This document shows, one piece after another, positions 19,852 through 32,254 of a stretch of DNA of 64,000 bases; within the stretch, counting starts at the first letter, position 1, and every line of letters starts with the position of its first letter. The stretch lies in NCBI GenBank assembly GCA_964291265.2, contig OZ219747.1:4192001-4256000 (forward strand). The letters are read 5' to 3'. This stretch comes from Alphaproteobacteria bacterium (lineage in GTDB: Bacteria; Pseudomonadota; Alphaproteobacteria; SP197). Position numbers and translations under genes: made by a program. The notes beneath the pieces were generated by a model. The model did no database searches. It worked only from the letters and a program-made list of their open reading frames with translations, and was not told the origin of the DNA.

Positions 19852-21835
19852 CGACCCCCTCGTCGTCTTTACGCCCTCGGGCCTGAGAAAGCGGTTCCGC
19901 CGCGGTACGGGCCTCCTGGAGGCGGCGCGCGAACTTGGCGTCGATCTCGATTCGGTATGCGGTGGACGCGGCATCTGCACGCGTTGCCAGGTGAGAATCG
20001 CCGAGGGCGACTTCGCCAAGCACGGAATCGTTTCCTCCGGTGAACACCTGACGCCGCTCGGTGACGCCGAGCACCGCCAGAGGGCCAGCGGGTTGCTGAA
20101 GCCCAACCGCCGGCTGTCCTGCCAGGCACGGATCGGCGGCGACCTTGTGGTGGATGTGCCGGCGGAAAGCCAGGTGCACCGCCAGATCGTCCGCAAGCGC
20201 GCCGACGCCCGGGCCATAGAGGTCGATCCGGTGATCAGAGCCATGTATGTCGAGATCGCCGAACCCGATATGCATGAGCCGGCATCGCACCTGCGCCGGC
20301 TCGAGACGGAGCTGAAGGAGACCTGGAACGTCACCGTCGCCGGTGTCGACGCCCATGTCCTGAGGAAACTCCACGCCTCCCTCGAGGAAGGCGGCTACCG
20401 GGCCACGGTTCTGGTGCGTCGCGGCAAGCGAATCGTCGACATCCGCCCCGGCTTTCATGACCGGCTCCACGGTCTTGCCATCGATGTCGGCTCGACCACC
20501 ATCGCCGCTCATCTATGCGATCTTCAGACAGGCGATGTTCTCGCCTCGGCGGGGTGCATGAATCCGCAGATCCGCTTCGGCGAGGACCTGATGAGCCGAG
20601 TGTCCTACGCGATGATGAACGAGGACGGCGCAGCGGCCATGACCGCTGTCGTGCGCACGACGCTGAACGATCTCGCCGGCGAGACGGCACGGGAAGCGGG
20701 TGTCGATCTCCATGACATTCTCGAGGTCACCATCGCCGGCAATCCCGTCATGCATCACCTCGTCCTGGGCCTCGATCCCACGCCGCTGGGATTCTCTCCC
20801 TTCGCGCTCGCCACCGACGACGCGACGATCATGCTGGCCAGCGACATCGATCTCGAGCTCAATCCGGGAAGCCGCATCTACGTGCTTCCCTGCATCGCCG
20901 GCCATGTTGGCGCCGATGCCGCCGGCGTCCTGCTGGCCGAGATGCCCTACCGCAACGACGAGATGACACTCATCGTCGATGTCGGCACCAACGCGGAGAT
21001 CATCCTCGGCAACCGCATGCGGCTGCTTGCCGCTTCCTCTCCCACCGGGCCCGCCTTCGAGGGAGCCCAGATCAGTTCCGGACAGCGCGCCGCGCCGGGC
21101 GCCATCGAACGGGTGCGGATCGATGCCGAGACCTTCGAACCGGTGTTCAGGGTGATCGGCGACGGACACTGGTCGAACGAAGCGGGCTTTGCCGGCGAAC
21201 CGACAGGAATCTGCGGATCGGGAATCATCGAACTTCTGGCCGAGATGTACCTCGCCGGACTGCTCACCGAGGACGGGGTGATAGACGGCGCAATGGCCGA
21301 CCGCACACCGCGCATCATCCCGCAGGACCGCACCTTCGCCTATGTCCTCCACCAGGGGCTATCACCCATCATCGTGACCCAGAACGACATCCGGCAGATC
21401 CAGCTCGCCAAGGGCGCGCTCTATGCCGGCGCTCGGCTTCTGATGGATCACATGGGCGTGGACTCGGTTGATCGCGTCACCCTGGCCGGCGCCTTCGGGA
21501 GCCATATCGACACCCGCCACGCCATGGTCCTTGGCCTGATTCCGGACTGTCCCCTCGAGTGCACCGGCTCGGCCGGCAACGCGGCTGGCACCGGTGCCCG
21601 CCTTGCCCTTCTGAACGGCGGCCTCAGAAAGGAGCTCGAACGGGAGGTGCGGCGCATCGAGAAGATCGAGACGGCAGTGGAACCGAAGTTCCAGGAGCAC
21701 TTTGTCGATGCCATGGCGATCCCCCACAAGACCGCCGACTATCCCTGCCTCAAGCGGGTTGTCTCCCTGCCCCGGCGCAAGGCGGCGACAGCGGAGGTCG
21801 GCGCGGGGCGGCGGCGGCGGAGAGCACGGACATGA
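19844..21835 (+). CDS. ASKHA-domain reductive activator of corrinoid proteins (RACo) with N-terminal 2Fe-2S domain
   Basis: CGGRGICTRC..RLSCQA, IDVGSTT, VDVGTNAE, GPAFEGAQI, GICGSG, LAGAFG. Confidence 0.92.
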   Translation: MADDPLVVFTPSGLRKRFRRGTGLLEAARELGVDLDSVCGGRGICTRCQVRIAEGDFAKHGIVSSGEHLTPLGDAEHRQRASGLLKPNRRLSCQARIGGDLVVDVPAESQVHRQIVRKRADARAIEVDPVIRAMYVEIAEPDMHEPASHLRRLETELKETWNVTVAGVDAHVLRKLHASLEEGGYRATVLVRRGKRIVDIRPGFHDRLHGLAIDVGSTTIAAHLCDLQTGDVLASAGCMNPQIRFGEDLMSRVSYAMMNEDGAAAMTAVVRTTLNDLAGETAREAGVDLHDILEVTIAGNPVMHHLVLGLDPTPLGFSPFALATDDATIMLASDIDLELNPGSRIYVLPCIAGHVGADAAGVLLAEMPYRNDEMTLIVDVGTNAEIILGNRMRLLAASSPTGPAFEGAQISSGQRAAPGAIERVRIDAETFEPVFRVIGDGHWSNEAGFAGEPTGICGSGIIELLAEMYLAGLLTEDGVIDGAMADRTPRIIPQDRTFAYVLHQGLSPIIVTQNDIRQIQLAKGALYAGARLLMDHMGVDSVDRVTLAGAFGSHIDTRHAMVLGLIPDCPLECTGSAGNAAGTGARLALLNGGLRKELEREVRRIEKIETAVEPKFQEHFVDAMAIPHKTADYPCLKRVVSLPRRKAATAEVGAGRRRRRART

Positions 21836-23148
21836 TACCCCGATACTCCCGCCCCGAGATGGCAGCGCTGTGGGAACCGGAGAACCGTTTCGGGATCATG
21901 CTCGAGATCGAGATCCTCGCTGCCGAGGCGATGGAGGCGGCCGGCTCCATTCCGACAGGGGTGGCAAGGGCCACGCGGGAGCGTGCCCGCATCGATGTCG
22001 GGCGCATCGACGACATCGAGCGCGAGACACGCCATGACGTCATCGCGTTTCTCACGAGTATCACCGAACAGGTGGGCGGGGAAGCCCGCTGGCTGCACCA
22101 GGGCATGACCTCGTCCGATGTTCTCGACACCGCCCTTGCGGTGCAGCTCAGGGATGCCGCCACCCTCCTCATCGAGGGAACGAATCACCTGCTCGATGTC
22201 CTCGAACGGCGGTCCCGCGAACACGCCGCAACGCTGTGCGCCGGACGCAGCCACGGCATTCACGCGGAACCCACCACCTTTGGTCTCAAGCTTGCCGGCC
22301 ACCATGCGGAGTTCACCCGCGCGAAGCGGCGCCTCGAGACGGCACGCGACGAGATCGCAGTGTGCGCCATCTCGGGGCCTGTGGGAACTTTCGCGACCGT
22401 GGATCCCTCAATCGAGGCCCACGTCGCGACGCAGCTCGGTCTGAGAGTGGAAACGGTCTCCTCCCAGGTGATCCCGCGGGATCGCCATGCCGCCTTCTTC
22501 GCCGCTCTCGGCGTGGTGGCGGCCTCGGTCGAACGCCTCGCCGTCGAGATCCGTCACCTGCAGCGCACCGAGGTGCGCGAGGTCGAGGAGGCCTTTGCCG
22601 CCGGACAGAAGGGCAGTTCGGCCATGCCGCACAAGAAGAACCCCGTGCTCTCGGAAAACCTGACGGGCCTGGCACGCCTCGTGCGTTCGTCGGTGGTGCC
22701 GGCCCTGGAGAACGTCGCCCTGTGGCACGAACGCGACATCTCCCATTCCGCGGTGGAACGCAACATCGCCCCCGACGCCACAATCGGTCTCGACTTTGCC
22801 CTCTGCCGCCTCGCCGACGTCGTCGACGGCCTCGTGATCCATGCCACGCGCATGCGCCACAACCTCGAGGCGACGCGCGGTCTCGTCTTCAGCCAGCGGG
22901 TCCTGCTGGCCCTCGTCGACAAGGGCATGGGCCGCGAGACGGCCTACGCCATGGTGCAACGCCACGCCCTGGCCGCCTGGGAGGAAGGCGACGACTTCAG
23001 GACCAGACTGGGCAACGACCCGGCCGTCGGGGACATCCTCGGAGCGCGTGACCTCGAAGGCCTCTTCGACTACCGCTTCTTCACGCGGCACGCCAATGCC
23101 ATCATCGAACGGGCGCTGACTGTGCCGGGCGACGACGCCTCGACGTGA
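21832..23148 (+). CDS. purB: Adenylosuccinate lyase
   Basis: MIPRYSRPEM start, GMTSSD, GRSHGIHAEP, GSSAMPHKKNP. Confidence 0.96.
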   Translation: MIPRYSRPEMAALWEPENRFGIMLEIEILAAEAMEAAGSIPTGVARATRERARIDVGRIDDIERETRHDVIAFLTSITEQVGGEARWLHQGMTSSDVLDTALAVQLRDAATLLIEGTNHLLDVLERRSREHAATLCAGRSHGIHAEPTTFGLKLAGHHAEFTRAKRRLETARDEIAVCAISGPVGTFATVDPSIEAHVATQLGLRVETVSSQVIPRDRHAAFFAALGVVAASVERLAVEIRHLQRTEVREVEEAFAAGQKGSSAMPHKKNPVLSENLTGLARLVRSSVVPALENVALWHERDISHSAVERNIAPDATIGLDFALCRLADVVDGLVIHATRMRHNLEATRGLVFSQRVLLALVDKGMGRETAYAMVQRHALAAWEEGDDFRTRLGNDPAVGDILGARDLEGLFDYRFFTRHANAIIERALTVPGDDAST

Positions 23149-23166
23149 CCGGGGCCCTTGTCGGGC

Positions 23167-23487
23167 CTATTCGGAGCGGACCTGATCCTCGGCTTCGCGA
23201 GCGAAGGCTGTCAGGCGCGCCCTCACCTTGTGCTCGTCGATGTCAAGGTCGGCGTCGCGGATGTCCGCCATCACCTTTTCGACCACGTCGTCGTCGCCGG
23301 GACGCTCGAAATCCGCCTCGATGACCTCCCGGGCATAGGATTCGGCACTCTCTCCGCTGCGGCCGAGTTCTGCGGCAAGCCACAGCCCGAACAACCTGTT
23401 GCGCCGTGCCGTTACCTTGAACCTGAAATCCTGGTCACGGGCGAACTTGCCCTCCTCACCCTTCTTGCGATCATCAAACAGTGCCAT
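23167..23487 (-). CDS. DUF1476 / F1Fo-ATPase inhibitor zeta subunit
   Basis: FDDRKKGEEGKFARDQDFRFKVTARRNRLFGLWLA. Confidence 0.85.
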   Translation of the reverse strand: MALFDDRKKGEEGKFARDQDFRFKVTARRNRLFGLWLAAELGRSGESAESYAREVIEADFERPGDDDVVEKVMADIRDADLDIDEHKVRARLTAFAREAEDQVRSE

Positions 23488-23718
23488 GGCAATCTTCCTT
23501 ACCGACTGGTGCGTGGAGTGGGGCGGGAACTATAGGCATGTTCGGGAGCCCTGTCTCCCCTTCATGGCCGACGCCGGCAGCACCTGGAGGCCCGCCTGAA
23601 TGCATCAGGATGTGACGGATGATCCCTCCTGTGGACACAGCCCATTGTGTTGAAGAGGCGGCGCCTTTAGGGTATGAAGCGGTTCGTCACGGCACACATC
23701 AGGTACGGGAACCATCGC

Positions 23719-24474
23719 ATGGCTCGTCGCAGGTGTGTTTACGAAGGCAGGGAAAAGGACCTCTTCGAAGGCCCGGGCCCGGGCCTCCTCGTTCAGCACT
23801 TCAAGGATTCCGCCTGGGTCCGCCGATCCAGGAAGGTCGGCGTGATCGACGGCAAGGGAGTCATCAACAACCGCATCAGCGCGTACCTGATGACCCGCCT
23901 GACGGAAATCCGCGTACCGACGAATTTCGTGCGGTGCCTCAACATGAGGGAGCAGCTCATCCACGAGGTCGAGGTGCTGCCCGTCGAGGTGGTGGTGCGC
24001 AACATCGCCGCCGGAGAGTTCGCCGAGAAATTCTCGCTCACTGAAGGGACCGTGCTGCCGCGTTCCATCATCGAGTTCTATCTTCGATCGGAGGATATCG
24101 CGGACCCCTTGGTAAGCGAGGAGCACATGACCGCCTTCGGCTGGGCCTCGACCCACGATATCGACGACATGGTGCACCTCTCCATGCGGGTCAACGATTT
24201 CATGACCGGTCTCTTTACCGGTGTCGGCATCCGCCTCGTCGACTTCAGCCTGACCTTCGGGCGCCTCTACCACGAGGACGACATGCGCCTCGTGGTGGCC
24301 GACGAGATCAGTCCGGACCGGTGCCGACTGTGGGATGCGCGGACCAACGAACCGATGGACAAGGACCGCTTCGCCCGTGATCTCGACAATGTCGTCGAGG
24401 GCTACCGCGAGGTGGCGACACGCCTGGGGATTCTCTCCGAGCTCAACAATCTCTCAGAGGCGCCGGGACATTGA
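23719..24474 (+). CDS. purC: SAICAR synthetase homolog with divergent catalytic motifs
   Basis: [40 protein letters not shown]; position directly before purS. Confidence 0.88.
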   Translation: MARRRCVYEGREKDLFEGPGPGLLVQHFKDSAWVRRSRKVGVIDGKGVINNRISAYLMTRLTEIRVPTNFVRCLNMREQLIHEVEVLPVEVVVRNIAAGEFAEKFSLTEGTVLPRSIIEFYLRSEDIADPLVSEEHMTAFGWASTHDIDDMVHLSMRVNDFMTGLFTGVGIRLVDFSLTFGRLYHEDDMRLVVADEISPDRCRLWDARTNEPMDKDRFARDLDNVVEGYREVATRLGILSELNNLSEAPGH

Positions 24475-24710
24475 AGGCCCGTGTGCACGTGACCCTCAAG
24501 GACGGTGTTCTCGATCCCCAGGGCAAGGCCATCCACCGCGCCCTGGAAACCCTGGGATTTGTCGGCGTCAGGGACGCCCGCCAGGGCAAGGTGATCGATC
24601 TCGAACTCGATGGCGCCGACGAGTCCGACGCCAGACAGCAGGTGGAACGCATGTGCCGTCAGCTGCTCGCCAACACGGTGATCGAAGACTACACCATTGA
24701 GTTCGTCTGA
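24471..24710 (+). CDS. purS: FGAM synthase subunit PurS
   Basis: [29 protein letters not shown]. Confidence 0.95.
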   Translation: MKARVHVTLKDGVLDPQGKAIHRALETLGFVGVRDARQGKVIDLELDGADESDARQQVERMCRQLLANTVIEDYTIEFV

Positions 24711-24764
24711 CGTGACCATAGCGCAGGCGGCCCAGCATGCCCGGTCTGGCGCGGGGCCGGACCG

Positions 24765-25435
24765 GTGAAGGCCGCGCTCGTCCACTTTCCAGGCACCAAC
24801 CGCGAAACCGACATGGCCGATGCGCTGCGCCGTGCCGGTGCCGATGTCGTCACCGCCTGGCATCGCGACCGCGAGCTTCCGGCCGCCGACCTCATCGTGC
24901 TCCCGGGTGGCTTTTCCCACGGCGACTACCTGCGCTGCGGCGCCATGGCGGCGCGCGCACCCGTCATGGCTGCCATCGTCGAGAGCGTCGGAAGGGGCGT
25001 TCCGGTGCTCGGCGTGTGCAACGGATTCCAGGTCCTCATCGAGGCGGGACTCCTGCCTGGCGCCCTGTTGAAGAATGCCGGACTGCGATTCGTGTGCCGG
25101 ACCGTTCACCTGCGCCTCGAAAGGCGCTGCCGCCTGAGCGGACACCTCGAAGCGGGCGACATCATCCGTGTTCCGGTGGCCCACGGAGACGGCAACTACT
25201 TCGCCGGCCGGGACCTCGCCGCCCGACTCGAGGACGAGGACCGTGTCGTCTTTCGCTATGTCCCGGATGGTCGCGGTGACGGCAACCCCAACGGAAGCAC
25301 CGACGACATTGCCGGGATCATCAACCGGGCAGGCAATGTCCTGGGAATGATGCCGCACCCCGAGGATGCCACCGGCCTCCGCCAGCAGAGCCAGGATGCC
25401 CTGCCCTTCTTCCAGGGCCTTGTCGACAGCCTGTC

Positions 25436-25439
<4 letters not shown>
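24765..25439 (+). CDS. purQ: FGAM synthase glutaminase subunit PurQ
   Basis: FPGTN, LPGGFSHGDYLRCG, GVCNGFQ, GMMPHPE. Confidence 0.96.
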
Positions 25440-27630
<2,191 letters not shown>

Positions 27631-27631
<1 letters not shown>

Positions 27632-27864
27632 TGGCCATGAGTGCTGCGGAAATTGAACATCTCATTCTCGAGGCCTTCCCCGACGCCTCGATCGAGATCG
27701 AGGATCTGCGTGGCGACGGCGACCACTATGCCGCCACCGTCGTCAGCGGCGCCTTTGCCGGAAAGACACGGGTGCAGCAACACCAGCTGGTCTATCGGGC
27801 GCTCAAGGGAAAGATGGGTGGTGAGCTGCATGCCCTCGCACTCACCACGCGCACGCCGGACTAG
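27631..27864 (+). CDS. bolA: BolA family protein
   Basis: DLRGDGDHY, FAGKTRVQQHQLVY, LHALAL. Confidence 0.92.
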
Positions 27865-27953
27865 CACTCCTCGCCTGTGGTCTTCGGCACGCGGGTTGAC
27901 TATTGTAACCGCCGGGCACGGCACATGACGACGCTTCGAAGGAGACCGACACC

Positions 27954-28295
27954 ATGGAACTGAACGAACACACAAGACAGCAGATCGACAGGGAACTCGG
28001 CGACAACGACGTGGTTCTCTTCATGAAGGGAACGCCGGTGTTCCCGATGTGCGGCTTTTCGGCGGCGTCGGTCCAGATGCTGTCCCACCTCGGGGTGCGC
28101 TTCAAGGGAATCAATGTCCTCGAGGCACCGGAGATTCGCGAGGGAATCAAGGCCTACAGCGACTGGCCGACCATTCCGCAACTCTACGTCAAGGGTGAGT
28201 TCGTGGGCGGATGCGACATCATGAAGGAGATGTACGCCAGCGGCGAACTGCAGGGTCACCTCGCCGAAATGGGTATCGAGACCGACCCTGTCTGA
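27954..28295 (+). CDS. grxD: Monothiol glutaredoxin Grx4
   Basis: FMKGTP..PMCGFS, WPTIPQLYVKGEFVGGCDI. Confidence 0.95.
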   Translation: MELNEHTRQQIDRELGDNDVVLFMKGTPVFPMCGFSAASVQMLSHLGVRFKGINVLEAPEIREGIKAYSDWPTIPQLYVKGEFVGGCDIMKEMYASGELQGHLAEMGIETDPV

Positions 28296-28630
28296 TGACC
28301 TTCGCCGACCCGGGTGACATCACGGTCTGGCATGCCCATGTCAGCTATGACCCTGCAACCCGCGGCCAGGCGCTCCTGTTGCGCGAGACGATCGGTGAGG
28401 CGTTCGATGTCCGTCTCGGGCGCATGAGGGACAAGCCGGTCGGGCCCCATCCAAGGCCCATGTTCATGGCGGAGTTCCCCGCCGGCGAGTTCGTTCGCCT
28501 GGTTCCCTGGCTCAGCCTCAATCACCAAGGTCTCCCCATCCTCATCCACCCGGAGACCGGCAACTTCATCGCCGATCACCGCGACAACGCCCTGTGGATC
28601 AACGAGCGCCTCGAACTCAACCTCACCTGA
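28295..28630 (+). CDS. DOPA 4,5-dioxygenase family protein
   Basis: WHAHV, PVGPHP, WLSLNHQGLPILIHPETG..DH..ALW. Confidence 0.85.
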   Translation: MTFADPGDITVWHAHVSYDPATRGQALLLRETIGEAFDVRLGRMRDKPVGPHPRPMFMAEFPAGEFVRLVPWLSLNHQGLPILIHPETGNFIADHRDNALWINERLELNLT

Positions 28631-28649
28631 CACCCCGTCGGGCAGGCAG

Positions 28650-28990
28650 TGCAGATGGGAGGATCCCCCGACGTCACCGGTGACGCCCGTTTTCGTGCCC
28701 CCCGGGGCGACCTGCTTCAAGGCCAGGTTCATCATTCCCTGGCCCTGTCCCCACGCTGCACCCGGCGCCCGCTTCTGTTCCTTGGCCGTGGCAGGTTGGC
28801 GGCGATCAGCCGGACCATGAGGTCCGTCCCAGCGGGTGCGTTCCGGTTGATGGCGATCAGCGCCTGGGGTTCCACCCCCTCCTGCCACACCGCCTGGTCC
28901 AGCCACCGGTCCCCGAAGGTCGCGACTTGCTAAGCCGGCGGAAACCGAGATCGTGGTGCTCGTCCCCATCAGCGCGTGCGGAGCGGACAT
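28650..28990 (-). pseudogene. Internally deleted DUF4338 / IS remnant related to the one at 7.2-7.4 kb
   Basis: Minus strand gcaccacgatctcggtttccgccggct nearly matches gcaccatgatctcggtttccgtcgtct near 7340; reads HHDLGFRRL..VATFGDRWL. Confidence 0.5.
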
Positions 28991-29274
28991 CGAAGCTCGG
29001 ACGCGGAAAAACCCGGGAACGCGCTTAGTGAATCGACATGCCGGGGGCGCAGCGCGGGAAAGACAGAGGAAACCGCTTGTGCGTTAAGCGCATGAATGCC
29101 CGGCGCCAAGAGGAATCAGGCGTGGGACGGTTCCGCCGCGACAAGCGCCGGCGATTGAAGAGCCGACAGTGCCCGGCGTAGGGTGCCGTCATGTCGAATG
29201 CCCTTCCTCTTCCGGCCCGTGGACGGACTGTCCGTCGGGAACCTCCCGGAGAAGACGCCGGAGCTCTTTCCCGA

Positions 29275-29744
29275 TGAGCCTTCCGGCGACGCCGCACGAT
29301 GCGCTGTTCCGAGCACTGCTCTGCGAGCCGCGTCGCGTCGTTTCGCTGCCTGCGGAGTACCTGCCGCAAGAGGTGACCGCCCTCATCGACCCCGAGGCGG
29401 TCGAGGGGAGATTCATCGACGAGGACGCCGCGCGGATGCTCTTCCGAGCCAGACCGAGGAGCGGCCACGATGCGCGCCTCTCCGTGCTGCTCGAACGCAA
29501 GAGCCGCGTCGACGCCGACACGGTGCTCCAGGTCCTGAGGCGCCGCGGGACCGAGAATGGCGCTGCCGGGAACAGGCTGCCGACGGTCGTCCCGCTGGTC
29601 TTCTACCATGGCCGGGACCGCTGGAGAGTGCCGCGCTCGGCGCCGGACATGACCGAACGCCTGCAATCCTTGAACAGAGATCTCACGATGACACTGGATG
29701 GCGGCATGATTTCGGAAACTCCAGCCCTGGAAACCGGACCATGA
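29275..29744 (+). pseudogene. Rpn/YhgA-like recombination-promoting nuclease, truncated and degenerate
   Basis: PHDALFRALL, GRFIDE, VLLERKS (normally EHKS), VVPLVFYHGRDRW. Confidence 0.7.
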
Positions 29745-31306
29745 CGCGCCGGCGGCTCCCGATCGGCATCCAGGATTTCAGAACCATTCGGGAACAGGAC
29801 TTCTACTACGTCGACAAGACCGCCCATATCGCCCGGCTTGTCGACCGGGGGCGCCATTATTTCCTCTCCCGCCCGCGCCGCTTCGGCAAGAGCCTCCTGG
29901 TGGATACCCTCCAGGAACTCTTCAGTGGCAACGAACCACTCTTTCGAGACCTCGACATCCACGCCTGCTGGGACTGGTCCATCCGGCATCCGGTGGTCCG
30001 GCTCAGTTTCGACGGTAAGCACGACGAACCGGGTGACCTCGCCCGCAGCATCGCAAGCCAACTGGCGATCATCGAACGAAACGCCGGCCTTGATCCGGCT
30101 CAATCGCCCTCTTCGGGTCCGGAACGCCTGCGACACCTCCTGAACCGCCTGCACCATGCCACCGGCCAGCAGGTGGTGGTGCTGGTGGATGAGTATGACA
30201 AGCCGATCCTGGACGTCATCGACCGTCCCGACATGGCCATCGCAAACCGGGACTACCTGCGGGGTTTCTACGGCATCGTCAAGGGCAGTGCCCGTGATGT
30301 CCGTTTCGTCTTCGTTACCGGGGTGAGCATGTTCTCCCGGGTGAACCTCTTTTCAGGTCTCAACAACCTTCTGAACATCAGCCTCGATCCCGGATACGCC
30401 ACCATCTGCGGCTACACCGAGGCCGACCTGGACACGGTGTTCGCCCCGGAGCTTCCGGGGCTCGACCGAAACGAGGTCCGGGAATGGTACAACGGCTACC
30501 ACTGGCTCGGTGACGCACGACTCTACAACCCGTTCGATCTCCTCCTGCTGTTCGAAACCCGCAGATTCGAGGCCCACTGGTTCGAGACCGGCTCTCCCAC
30601 CTTCCTGTTCCGGATGATGATGGACCGGGAGATCAGCCCCCTGGAACTGGAGCAAAGAACTGCGGACATCCGGCAGCTGTCCAGATTCGATGTCGACGAC
30701 ATCAGCATCGAGGCGTTGCTCTTCCAGACCGGATACCTGACCATCACCGCCCAGGAACGGCGGGGCCCGCGGACCTTGTATACGCTGGACTATCCCAACT
30801 TCGAGGTTCGGCAGAGCCTCAGCGATGGGCTGCTGCGGTACGTCACTGATCAGAGGGGAGAGACAGCGGACCAGGGCGACAAGCTCGGCCAACTCATGGC
30901 CGCAAACGACTTCGAGGGGTTTGCGGATCGCCTGAGATCGTTCTTTGCCGGTCTCCCCTGTCAGTGGCAGGGCCGCAACGGGCCCGCCCGCTATGAGGCC
31001 TGGTATGCCGGCATGCTCTACGCCTGTTTCCGCACCATCGGACTGGACCTCCGGGTTGAGGAGTCCTCCGGCAGGGGCCGTGCGGACATGGTGGTGTTCC
31101 ACGCCGGGCAGGTGTTCGTGTTCGAGTTCAAGATGGCCGACGGCGTGGAGGACGGGGATGCCGCGGCCCGACAGGCCATCGGACAGATACGGGAAAGGGG
31201 CTACGCCGAAAAGTACCGGGACCGGGGTGAACCGATCCATCTCGTGGGCGTGGCCTTCAGCAGAGAGAAACGGAATCTGGCAGCAGTCAAGGTCGTTCCG
31301 GCCTGA
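29741..31306 (+). CDS. AAA-ATPase-like protein with C-terminal PD-(D/E)XK nuclease
   Basis: LPIGIQDF, YYVDKT, RPRRFGKSL, VLVDEYDKP, GRADMV..FEFK. Confidence 0.92.
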   Translation: MTRRRLPIGIQDFRTIREQDFYYVDKTAHIARLVDRGRHYFLSRPRRFGKSLLVDTLQELFSGNEPLFRDLDIHACWDWSIRHPVVRLSFDGKHDEPGDLARSIASQLAIIERNAGLDPAQSPSSGPERLRHLLNRLHHATGQQVVVLVDEYDKPILDVIDRPDMAIANRDYLRGFYGIVKGSARDVRFVFVTGVSMFSRVNLFSGLNNLLNISLDPGYATICGYTEADLDTVFAPELPGLDRNEVREWYNGYHWLGDARLYNPFDLLLLFETRRFEAHWFETGSPTFLFRMMMDREISPLELEQRTADIRQLSRFDVDDISIEALLFQTGYLTITAQERRGPRTLYTLDYPNFEVRQSLSDGLLRYVTDQRGETADQGDKLGQLMAANDFEGFADRLRSFFAGLPCQWQGRNGPARYEAWYAGMLYACFRTIGLDLRVEESSGRGRADMVVFHAGQVFVFEFKMADGVEDGDAAARQAIGQIRERGYAEKYRDRGEPIHLVGVAFSREKRNLAAVKVVPA

Positions 31307-31368
31307 CGAGGGTGCGGGTCAATCCGCCACAGCGACGCACTCCTGATGTCAGCCACCTCCACCTCGGA

Positions 31369-32220
31369 TCATTCGTCGAGGCTGGAGCCTGCTCCCTTCA
31401 CACGCGTCTGGCGCATGAAGCGCCGGAAGCGGTCGGCGTCGTATCCCGTACCCCGGTGGAGCAGACAACGGTTGTCCCAGATCACGAGGTCACCGGGCTG
31501 CCAGCGGTGGACGAGGACATGGTCGTCGGCCGTGGTCTCTTCGAGCAGGCCGTCCAGAAGTTCCCTGCTCTTCTCGAATGTCCACCCCTCCACCTCGCGG
31601 GCATGGGATCCGATGAAGAGATTCCTGGCGCCGGTCGCCGGATTTCGGCGCACCAGGCGTTGGCGCACGGGGGGCAGGGAAACGGCGTGGGACCTCGTCA
31701 CGGCGTCGGGATGGACCTTGGACCTCGAGAACACGTAATCGTGGATGGCAACGAGCGGTTCGAGCCGTTCCTGTTCTACCGCATCGAGACGCGCGAAGGC
31801 GCTGCGCTGGCTGGCGAACAGGGTTTCGCCACCTTCGTCGGGGGTTTCGTAGGCACAGGTGATGGACACGAAGGAAGGCACGGCGCGGAAGGACGAATCC
31901 GAATGCCACATATTGTTTCCCGTCTGATAGAGAGTCTCACCGTGGCTGCTGTTGCGCACCGTGCCATCCTCTCGCACGTTGCCGACAGTGCCGAACCACG
32001 CGACCTTGCCTTCCCGCCCCAGGCGGACATGTTCCTCCTCGGGTTCGCCCAGACTGCGGGTCAGGTCGAGCTGGGCCCCGTCACCACAGGCCACGCTCGG
32101 CACATGAATGAAGGAATACCGGTCGATGAGCCGCCGCAGCGCGGCGATGTCGAGTGCTTCCATCGAGGAGCACTCGATCTTCACGCCGAACTCGGCGTGC
32201 AGCGGAGTCAGATTCTTCAT
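31369..32220 (-). CDS. TauD/TfdA family 2-oxoglutarate-dependent dioxygenase
   Basis: WHSDSSF, GGETLFAS, WQPGDLVIWDNRCLLHR; GGAGG RBS before ATG 32220. Confidence 0.92.
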   Translation of the reverse strand: MKNLTPLHAEFGVKIECSSMEALDIAALRRLIDRYSFIHVPSVACGDGAQLDLTRSLGEPEEEHVRLGREGKVAWFGTVGNVREDGTVRNSSHGETLYQTGNNMWHSDSSFRAVPSFVSITCAYETPDEGGETLFASQRSAFARLDAVEQERLEPLVAIHDYVFSRSKVHPDAVTRSHAVSLPPVRQRLVRRNPATGARNLFIGSHAREVEGWTFEKSRELLDGLLEETTADDHVLVHRWQPGDLVIWDNRCLLHRGTGYDADRFRRFMRQTRVKGAGSSLDE

Positions 32221-32254
32221 GTCACCTCCGTAGTCACGCCAGATCAGTGATCGG

